NCBI GenBank assembly: GCA_009602725.1
Contig: WELB01000003.1
Coordinates: 1,206,796-1,240,849 of the forward strand
Reading direction: 5' to 3'
Source of the DNA: Spirogloea muscicola
Lineage: Eukaryota
Length of the DNA stretch: 34,054 bases
The notes under the pieces are model-generated. The model ran no database searches. It worked only from the letters and a program-made list of their open reading frames with translations, and was not told where the DNA came from. This document shows positions 11,666 through 20,866 of this stretch, in pieces. Position numbers and translations under genes: made by a program. How positions within the stretch are numbered: position 1 is the stretch's first letter; every line of letters begins with the position of its first letter.

Positions 11666-12781
11666 CTAGCCATTCGAGCACTGCTTTATTTGATTTTCCA
11701 GCTCTGTGATGCGAGCTTGCTGAGCTTGTAGACGGTTGAGGTCGTCGCAGTGCATTGCCTCGGCTGCCGCCACCTTGTCGCCGACCTCCCGCAATTCCGC
11801 CTCGAAAGTTTCATCGGTGACCTCGAAGATGCCATGAGCAACTCGCACAATCCGCCACAGCGTGAGCACTGCCAGCAGGCCCGCCGTGTCGGTGCTCAGT
11901 GACACCTCCAAGCCGAGCGCCACAGCAACGACGACGAGGTCGAGCACAAAGCCCGGGTGGAGGAAGAAGCCGGCGCCGAAGGCGACGAGCAGCGCGGCGA
12001 TGTTGGCAGCCAGCACGCTCAGCACGGCAATGGAGATGTAGAATGCAGCCTCCGAGTGGTGCCGCTCGTGGAAGTGGCCGTGGCACTGGCCTGGACAGTC
12101 TGCGAGGTACCGAACGCACCGGTGCAGGTCCTCGGCCTTACTGCATGAGGAAGCAGGGCAGCACCGCCACACCGTGCCCAGTCAGCCGGCTTGCTGGTGA
12201 CCATCAGCGGCAGGACTGGCATAGTAGCTGGTGACCATCAATCGCAGGACTAGCATTGTAGTGGCTGCGGCAGTACTGACCCGTGCAACGACTGGAGGAT
12301 GTCAGCAACCACGGCGCAGAGGTCGACGAGGAGCAGGCCGACGATGGCCAGATGCACGGGCTTGGACTCGAGCTGGCGGCCCAGCGCCTGGCGCCACGGC
12401 GCCCGCCGCTTCTGCAACGCACGGCAGCGGGCACGCCGTCAGGAGGAACTTAGCGCGTCATTAGTGAGATAATGGAAGGCCAAAGTGGCCAAGTACTAAC
12501 GACGTACATTACCCCCTGCAGATTGACCCGCTCAGTACCACGGGTTAGCACATAAAGGTCACTAATCAATGCCTGACTACCAGATGGCAAACTCCAAGCC
12601 ATTCTGCCACCAAATAGAGCTCAAACGCTTCTTTGAGCGGCCCGCCATTGCCAACAGGAGCGATGAGATGGTAATGAGCAATTAGATGGTAACATACTTC
12701 CATGCGCTCGAAGGCGCGCTGCGTGCGGCGGGCGAGGGTCGTGGCGGACGCCGCGGCGCGGCCGACGGCGCCGGCGGCGGC
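11666..12781 (-). CDS. HVCN1: Voltage-gated proton channel Hv1 homologue (N-terminus in the gap)
   Basis: Exons 12781-12698, 12411-12281, 12140-11666 join in frame: WRQALGRQLESKPVH-S1 LAIVGLLLVDL (selectivity Asp), S2 ISIAVLSVLAANI, S3 VLDLVVVAVALGLE, S4 GLLAVLTLWRIVRVAHG, then a C-terminal coiled coil; no pore domain. Confidence 0.88.
12472..12635 (+). repeat. Dispersed repeat family B, degenerate copy in an Hv intron
   Basis: gtggccaagtac...gacccgctcagta..cgggttagcacataaaggtc...accagatggcaa...tgccacca matches 14600-14779. Confidence 0.7.
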
Positions 12782-13323
12782 NNNNNNNNNNNNNNNNNNN
12801 NNNNNNNNNNNNNNNNNNNNNNNNNNNNNNNNNNNNNNNNNNNNNNNNNNNNNNNNNNNNNNNNNNNNNNNNNNNNNNNNNNNNNNNNNNNNNNNNNNNN
12901 NNNNNNNNNNNNNNNNNNNNNNNNNNNNNNNNNNNNNNNNNNNNNNNNNNNNNNNNNNNNNNNNNNNNNNNNNNNNNNNNNNNNNNNNNNNNNNNNNNNN
13001 NNNNNNNNNNNNNNNNNNNNNNNNNNNNNNNNNNNNNNNNNNNNNNNNNNNNNNNNNNNNNNNNNNNNNNNNNNNNNNNNNNNNNNNNNNNNNNNNNNNN
13101 NNNNNNNNNNNNNNNNNNNNNNNNNNNNNNNNNNNNNNNNNNNNNNNNNNNNNNNNNNNNNNNNNNNNNNNNNNNNNNNNNNNNNNNNNNNNNNNNNNNN
13201 NNNNNNNNNNNNNNNNNNNNNNNNNNNNNNNNNNNNNNNNNNNNNNNNNNNNNNNNNNNNNNNNNNNNNNNNNNNNNNNNNNNNNNNNNNNNNNNNNNNN
13301 NNNNNNNNNNNNNNNNNNNNNNN
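12782..13323. other. Assembly gap containing the Hv 5' end
   Basis: Ns, followed by a 37-nt poly-G run (13330-13366). Confidence 1.
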
Positions 13324-13327
13324 GCCC

Positions 13328-13366
<39 letters not shown>

Positions 13367-13370
13367 CGGG

Positions 13371-13408
13371 CACGTGGCATGCGCCAGAGCCGCTCTGCAA
13401 CCCACGTG
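13371..13408. promoter_or_regulatory. Pair of G-box/ABRE-like motifs upstream of the Hv gene
   Basis: CACGTGGC at 13371-13378 and CACGTGG from 13403, just 5' of the minus-strand Hv gene. Confidence 0.3.
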
Positions 13409-13519
13409 GTCGACACTTGGCAGTCGACGCTGGCGTCGGGCCGTCGCCTTCATCTCGTCGTGGCCCGTCAACGACGAGTTGCCCGTCGTTGCCGCCACGT
13501 TCCTGGCAGCTTCCACAAG

Positions 13520-13870
13520 AAAGAAAGTGCTCGCCCATTGAGGAGAGGGGCTGGACAAGAATGAACAGAAGTACGAGAAGGGGGCCAGGGGAAGCGCTAG
13601 GAAAAGCAAGCACGAAACGAAGCAAAGCTGCTACGAATCACTCAGTAAGAAGGGCCACATTGTGTCCAAGGCAGGCTATGCTGCACTTATTCTTCTTTCT
13701 GGGCTGGCCAATCACAGTCATCGTCATCTACTGGAAAGAACGCTTCCAGTCTTCCACTCCACTGGAAAAATCTTTTTTCTATGAAGGTGGCGAGCAAACG
13801 AAGACACACGAAAGAAACAGCTCTGCCAATACGGCAACGGCTGTGGAAGGCCAGCTCAAAGGAATGTGAC
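13520..13870. repeat. Dispersed modular repeat family A
   Basis: aaagtgctcgcccattgagg..ggggctgg...agaagggggccaggggaagcgctag...aaagctgctacga..cactcagtaa is the reverse complement of 27800-27930; ggctgtggaaggccagc module. Confidence 0.85.
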
Positions 13871-13883
13871 AAATCTGATACAG

Positions 13884-14248
13884 AACTACAAGGGCCACCC
13901 TGCTAAGGAAACCTTCTACCTGCTGGCCATGGACGTCCACGGGGTGTTGCAGGGGTCGGTGGTCTAGTCTTCAGTGCTTTTGCTGGTGGCCTCTGAAGCT
14001 GACCAGCGGCACCGCGAGCAGGAGGGTGCAGCGCTTCCTGGAGGCTCTGTGCCTTTGACTCTCGTGTCCTCCTAATGTCATCTATCGACGTCCCCCCAGC
14101 TGTCCCAACCGCTTGCTCTGCACCGCCAAGCCGTTCGCGAGCGCCCTTGCAGCAGGCCGCGCCTAGGCTGCTGCCTCCAGGTTCCGACAGGGCGACGCTT
14201 TCCGCCCTCTAGTTATTCGGATCTGCACTTGCTGACTAGATTTTTTTG
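13884..14248 (+). mobile_element. Decayed 3' fragment of a CRE-type (restriction-like endonuclease) non-LTR retrotransposon
   Basis: Translates NYKGHPAKETFYLLAMDVHGVL ... LVSS*CHLSTSPQLSQPLALHRQA with stops. This resembles the RLE C-terminus (K..KY....F.PLA.E.YG ... R.S.ALQR.QA) and the fragment at 24920-25300. Confidence 0.6.
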
Positions 14249-14319
14249 AGCGTCCATTTGCAGAAGTCGGTCTCATAGATTTGAGCCTTCGGGCCCTTTC
14301 AAGTCTTGTTCTATCCATT

Positions 14320-14490
14320 CGGCGGCCTCTCACAGCTATTGCCTTATATTGGAAGAGCTGTGTTTCTCTTGCAGCAGCCTCAGCTCACTCCCACAGCTAT
14401 TGCCGTACTCTGAAAAAGTTGTTTCATTACCTGTCCTGTCACAGCCACTGCCTTACATTGATAGAGCTGTTTCTCTTGCAGCAGCCTTTG
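14320..14490. repeat. Family A minisatellite-like units (reverse orientation)
   Basis: Repeated ggcctctcacagc(t/c)attgcc(t/g)ta...agagctgt.tctcttgcagcagcc, the reverse complement of units at 24600-24810. Confidence 0.8.
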
Positions 14491-14599
14491 GCTTTTGCAG
14501 TGGGGTTGCTCTTCCTCCCGTCAGCTCCAGCTCCCCTCAGCTCCAGCTCAGCTTCAGACTCCCAATCGCTGACAAGGGAAAAATGGAGTGTGTTGAGTC

Positions 14600-14779
14600 A
14601 TGGAGGGCCTGAGTGGCCAAGTACAATGGCAAGCACATTGACAGATGTGCATCACTTGCTGCTAAGCGGACCCGCTCAGTAAGCGCGAGTCAGCACGTAG
14701 AGAGGTCGCCAACTGACGCTGAATACCAGACGGCAATTGACAAGCCCTTGTGCCACCAGCTAAAGCTCGACCAGCTGTC
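14600..14779 (+). repeat. Dispersed repeat family B (~170-180 bp)
   Basis: Near full-length reverse-complement match to 23757-23935. Confidence 0.85.
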
Positions 14780-15014
14780 TGGTGCAACGCATGAGCCGGA
14801 GCTCGCTGCAACTCGGGAGGTACTACGAGCGCTCTTTTTGCCCAGCCTGTGCCTCCGCTAACGTAGATGTGAACGCACTTCTGCATGCACCCCGCTGGCT
14901 TTTACAGCCATTTTGTTCATTTCAGCAGCAGCATTTGATTTCCGTTGTCTTGAAGGTTTTCCAACGTCCCCTGGTCATTGCGGCGGCGGCGGCGACCGCT
15001 CCCGGCGAGCGGCC

Positions 15015-18000
15015 ATGGCGGCGCGGGCGAGGCTGTCAGCCAGGGCGCGCCGCGCCGCGCCGTCGCCGATCCAGGCCGCCTCGCGGCTCGCGCAGGAGCT
15101 GGGGGCCGTCAACCTCGCCGAAGGTAGCCGCTCCGCTGCTGGCTTCCTCTATGGCAGTCGTCCATGGACACGCTTTTCCTCTTAGCCGCTATTATCCGTC
15201 AATATTGCATCGATCGTGTGCTGCGCAGGCTTCCCGGACTTTCCAGCGCCAGACGCACTGAAGCAGGCGGCGACGGCGGCCATCGCAGCCGATCATAATC
15301 AGTACAGGTGAGGACGACCAGAGCCCCCTGCTCAGTTGCTCAACGCGCTCGATTGAATGAGTCCTGTCCTCCCCAGCAGTGTTAGTTTCCCTTGGCTGTG
15401 CTCTCTTTTACAGCTGATGCGGACAGGATGATTGCACTTGCCTCACTCCCTGATCTCTCACAATATAGAGTGATCAGGCCAGTTCTTGGCAGCCCCTTCA
15501 AACACCTGCAATGACAGGCAAAGATAAGTGAGAGTCGGCTTAAGAGCTCCGAGAAAGTCTGCATTCTGCAACTTCATATCTGCACTGTGGTCAGCTTGTA
15601 CTCTGCACTGCGAATGCTTAAAGCATCTGCTCGCCTCATATCACTGTAACCATGATCAGTGGACAATCTGCACTGGCTGTGGCCTCCCAGGCACGTACAG
15701 AGCTTGTGCGACAAGGTTGCTGCATCCTACACCGAGCGGTTCGGCGTACCTGTGGACCCTCTCCGCCAAGTAACAATCACCTGTGGCCAGTCAGAGGCAT
15801 TTGCTGCCACTGCTCTTGCAGGCAGGACCCCTTCTCTTCACAGTACAATGCCGACCTTTGCTTCTAAGCAGGCATGCTCGTGCTGGCACAAGCACAAGGA
15901 TGCTGCAGTACTGTTGAAGCAGAGAAGAGAGATAGTCTCACCATAAGAAAGCAATGAATACAGAACATTCACTACTTATCCTGTGTTTCTGAGGTACTTA
16001 TCAACGGAAAAGCATGTCAACCTCCATCTTGTCCTGTAGGCCCTTCAGGTCGTCTGGCATGCCTCCTGCATGTCCAGTACTGATGTGCTTAACGTTGGCC
16101 GAGGCATGTCATGATAAGTTCCCTTGTATTCAACTCTCTTATGTGACGCCTTTCCCTCATATTGTATGCAGTTCTGGAGGAAGGAGACGAAGCCATCCTC
16201 TTCTCGCCCACTTATGAAACCTACCCTGCTTGCATTGCCCTGGCTGGAGGAACTGTAGTAAGCATCTGAAGGTTAGGGAGTCCACTGACAAACTTATGAT
16301 TGGACTTCTCAAGGCAACCGGCCTATGAGGAGAACTATGAATATATTCATGCCATTATGTTGCTGTATGCTCAAGCTGTGCACTGGTAGTGAGTAGGGTG
16401 CCTCTACTTCCTCTCTGTGAGGTGATGAAACTAAGACTAGACTTTCCTGTTGTTGACAGCAATATGTGGGCCTGGATCCTCCCTGTTGGTCTTTCTCTTG
16501 CCCGCGATTGGAGGGAGCTGTCAGAAATTGCACAAAAGCTATTGTCGTCAACAGGCACGTTGACGTTGATGATAGCTAAGGGACTCTGCAGAACAGATTT
16601 GCAATGATATCCCCCATCAGGACGTCCCTTGTTGTAGCCGCATGTACACTGTAGTCTGAATTTGACAAGGCCAGCTCAACAAATACTTCTAGAGAAGCAA
16701 TAGGTAAAATATGATGGTCAATGATATCATATCTTGCAGCCCACACAATCCAAGCGGGAAAGTCTTCACAGAGTCTGAGCTGGCAGAGATTGCTGCAGTG
16801 TGCTGCAAGTATGACCTGCTGGTCATAACTGACGAGGTGCGTGGTTGATAGATTGCCTGCTTGTGTTGTGTCACTCCTGGCAATCAGGAGCTCCTGCACA
16901 GTCTCTCAAGTGTTGACAATATCAATACTGTAGCTATGACGTATTTGCCATAGATCAAACGCCACGGGGACTTTGGTCTTTAAGATCTTGTCTTCCTACC
17001 AGCCACGTCTTCAACACAGTTTTCTGCACTGAAGCAGGTGTACGAGCATTTGACTTATGGTAATGCGAAGCATGTAAGCCTTGCTGCCCTTCCAGGCATG
17101 AGAGAGAGGACTATAATCACGTCGTCACTGTCGAAGACCTTCAGTGTGACTGGTAAGTTACTGATATTTTCAGACAAGAAAGCCATACTAGTGCAATGTT
17201 GTCACGACAATGAACTCCTCCGATTTTCCATCCTGAACCTGCAAGTGTGTTGACTGTACTGGACTATTGTGCGCGCTTCTTGGCCAGGTTGGAGAGTTGG
17301 CTGGGCAATCGCCCCTGCTGACATCAGTGCGGCTATTGGCAGTATACATGTGAAGCTTACTGATTCAGCCCCCTCTCCATTCCAAGAAGCTGCATCAGCT
17401 GCATTTGACAGCTTACCCAGCTATTACCAGCAGCTGAGGCAGGTCTGAGGAAGCAACACTTCCATCGATGATTTATATATCAGTGGTCGCCATGACATTT
17501 CTCCAATGACTTGTGTTGCTCTCATGTAGCAAGCAATGTTCACGCTGTAAAGATGTGACCGCTCCAGGTACTTCGGTCAATTTCATGAAGCTGCTACTGC
17601 TTCTAGCTTCTCTGGTAGCTCATGAACAGTATTTTGTTGTCAACAAGAGTTGCAAATCACGTCATCTTACTCTAATCATAGAAGGGCACTGATTGTCTTA
17701 TGGCAGGACTATGAGGTGCGCAAGGATTATGTGTGCAACATGCTGATTGATGCAGGATTCGTGGTTGATTTCAAGCCCGAAGGAGGCTTCTTTGTCTTTG
17801 CACAACTGCCCTCTCACTGCAAGCTGACCGATGTGAGATTGATAGCATTAGACACTTCACCCCACAACCTGCACATGCACGTCTCTATCCCAGCCCGCAG
17901 ATATCTTCGAAATATGGTGGCGCTGTAAGACTTGTATATTCTGGCCTTAACATGGTGTCAGCAGCTTCTGTCTCTTGATGGATTTCTGATGCGGAGGTCA

Positions 18001-18454
18001 AGCCTTCGGTGAGGCTGTCCGAGCCGTTAGAAGAAGGCCACATTGCTTGACCCACAATCTTGATGTTGGTATACAGGTCGACTTCGTTGGCAACCTGATC
18101 AGGAAGGAGGGTGTCGCTATCGTGCCTGGCTGCGGATTCTTTGGTGAGATCGCAACAGATGCCAAGGGAAGCTCTTGTGATAGTGGGGGCATTTGTAGCG
18201 CAGGACAGCTTAGCCTGCCACCACCGCCGCATTTTCCACCAAATGGTGGCAGTGAGCATCCAGCTATAATGGGAGATGCGAAAGAAGGCCGGGCAGAGGT
18301 ACTACCAACTCCAGGTGCCTCTCCTCCCAGCACTCCTAGCTACATGGGGCGTTATGTCAGGGTTGCTTTCTGCAAAGACATGGCAACCCTGCAGGCTGCC
18401 TCCAAGCGGCTCCGAAGACTGGTACATGTACATCAGGCCGACTCTGAGCCTTGA
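15015..18454 (+). CDS. Class I/II PLP-dependent aminotransferase, kynurenine-oxoglutarate/methionine transaminase-like
   Basis: Exons 15015-15123, 15229-15307, 15691-15821, 16172-16257, 16460-16554, 16740-16836, 17038-17152, 17288-17442, 17707-17832, 18077-18454. Motifs VNLAEGFPDF, NQY, TCGQSEA, NSPHNPSGKVF, DEVYEH, SLSKTFSVTGWRVGW (PLP lysine), RVAFCK. Two introns need GC donors. Confidence 0.93.
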
Positions 18455-19108
18455 CTTGATGACCTCAACAACACCAGAACCACTATTTTTGACCAATGAG
18501 CAACCAATGACTTACTCAATTGCTGACTTGCTTACTGACGTAAGATGTGTGGCTTTCAGTCAACGCTGCCGGTTGGAAGGCACCACAGGCCCAGGTTTAC
18601 ACTTCTCCTCCATTGCTACCTAGTTGGTGAAATTCAAAAGTATCTATATCATGCTGGCTGACAGTAATCACAGGCAGCTCTACCTCAATGCAACATGAGC
18701 ACCCGCCATGGCTTTGCAGGAGAGGCTCCAATGAATGTGGCAGCAGTGACGCTCTTGCCTAGCGCTCCATCAATTAGTCAGAAAATTGACAACACTGTGA
18801 GCACCGACGGCACGGGCTGAACGAGGCTTGGCACAGTGCTCGGCATGGCCTTCACATTCCGCTGCGTGGCCTGGTCAAACTCTGGCATCCTCGATACTGT
18901 TGCAGGGAGCTGCTGATGGCGCGGCTTATGCGCGCCAGCTCGCTCGTGGCGTTGCCGTCTGCCACGAAAGATTGCTCTAAGCGCAGGCGCGGCCCGGCAA
19001 TGCCTGCATGGGCCGACAGCCCTGCCCTGGCCGCCATTGCCACGCTTGCCGCTCAATGAGAGGAGATCGCCGTCGGCGATGGCAATGGCGACGGCGACAG
19101 CGGCCGCC

Positions 19109-19306
19109 TCAGCCGCCGCCGGCGGACTGCTTCTCCCGGAGCTCCTGGAGGAGCTGCCGCCGGAGGTCGTCGGCAGCGCGCTCCTGCTTGATCTGCTCCC
19201 ACTGCAGCGGCAGGTAGCGGGATGCGTCAGAGCCGGAGGGACGCCTTGACGAGCAAACCACTTTTATGTATTGAGAGCGACCCGTCCTTTGGCGGCGACG
19301 ACGGCG

Positions 19307-19344
<38 letters not shown>

Positions 19345-19466
19345 AATGGCGATGGCGGCACCTTCGCCTCCTGGCGGCGCGCCATCCAGACGTAGACGCG
19401 GTCCATGTACGCCATGCCCACCAGAGTCACCGCCACCAGGCCGCCGAAGGTCGCGACGCGCACCAT
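19109..19466 (-). CDS. Small mitochondrial complex I subunit, At1g67785-like (assigned, as I recall, to SGDH/NDUFB5 in plant complex I)
   Basis: Exons 19466-19362 and 19201-19109 give the 65-aa MVRVATFGGLVAVTLVGMAYMDRVYVWMARRQEAKWEQIKQERAADDLRRQLLQELREKQSAGGG*. This matches the plant pattern MVKV.T.F...MDKVHVWIALHQDEK. Confidence 0.75.
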
Positions 19467-20866
19467 GGCCGCCGCCGCCGTCGCCGCCGCCGCCGCGCGC
19501 GCGCGCCTTGGGTCCTTGACGGCGTCCAGACGGGCCCAGCGGTTTTTAAGCCGACTCCCCGACTAACTGGATGCTCGAGGAGTGGCCGGCTTGGCAGCTA
19601 ATTCACCACATTCCACCTTGGGGCCAATTTACACACCGGGACGGACGGACGCAGATTGGCCTCGGTTTGGCCCTGAATTGACAGACCTTTGACCCCGGTC
19701 GCTCCATACACTGCGCGACACGTACCCCTCGGCCGCGTCCGTCCGTCCCGGTGTTAATTGGCACTTGATCCTCTTCATTCTTTAACCGTGACCTTGACTT
19801 CCGATTACTGACGAAGTAAGCTAACACGGTTGTTGTACTCGTGCCCTTGGTAGCCTTCTACAGGTGATGGTCGCTGCTGCACAGACCCTGCACTGGTGTA
19901 TGGCGCTTGCAACAGAAGTGCCCTTCTTTTGTAACCGTCCTTTGTAATCTGAGTCCATTGCATCTGCAATAGAGGGGTTTCATTCTACCATGCTGCTGAC
20001 CAGACGTGCCCGCTGTGTGCAAGTGACTGAGGCCCTTCTGCAGGGCAGACGGGTGTTTTTTGAGTCACACAAACCAATAGGGTCCATTTGGGAGAGCCCT
20101 CAGAAATTAACGAGCTCAGGAGGCATCCTCACTTTCCGCTTGTAAATATTGTACGTCTTGTATAGGCCAATACTTTGTAAGGCGATCACAAAGATGAAGA
20201 GATTGTTGTGACGGTGATCCACGAAGTCCGCACCGGCCAGTCGATTGATGAGCCTTCATGACCCTGGAGTGGCATCAAGGGACCCCCGTCCTCAATGTAC
20301 TGCGCACTCGCAGTGCCTTTCACGGCCTCAAGGATGAGAACTACGGTGACATGCGGAGCAGCCATTGGCTGCGTTGCAGCAATGGAAGTCGAGCGCCAGG
20401 TGTGCTTAACCACTAGTGGAAGTCGAGTGGCATGTGTGCTGAACCAATTTGATCAAGCCAAGCCTGACGAGACCGGCTGTGGTTGACAGATGCTGGGATG
20501 TGATTCAGGCTCTCGAGACAAACAGTAGACAAGCTCAAATGCAGGGTGCTAGGCACAGGTACTCGCCGAGCCCGAGCTGCTGGTGCAGCCAAATCACTCT
20601 CCTATTGCTAGGCTACTTGCGTGACCCTCCTTGGCCAGATCATCTGTCATGCCCGCTAGCACAGCGACCACCATGCTTCCAGTCGGGCTATAAGAATGAG
20701 CCAATGGGCTGTGACTCTACCCAAGCAAGAACCACTAGATTGAGAGGTTCTGTGCCCGAGCAATCGCCCTTCAAACACGCATACTTCGATTTGCCAACAT
20801 GAAGGAAAGCGGCTGAGAGGCTTCTGCCCCCAAGCAGCGCTCTTTGAACACAGGGTCGCGCCCATC

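Noticed and set aside
13330..13366. Poly-G run as a G-quadruplex element
   Set aside because: It sits at a gap edge and may be a sequencing artefact; it cannot be trusted without reads.
20186..20802. Short ORFs between the complex I subunit gene and TOC34
   Set aside because: No motif or splice-consistent model; probably UTR or intergenic.
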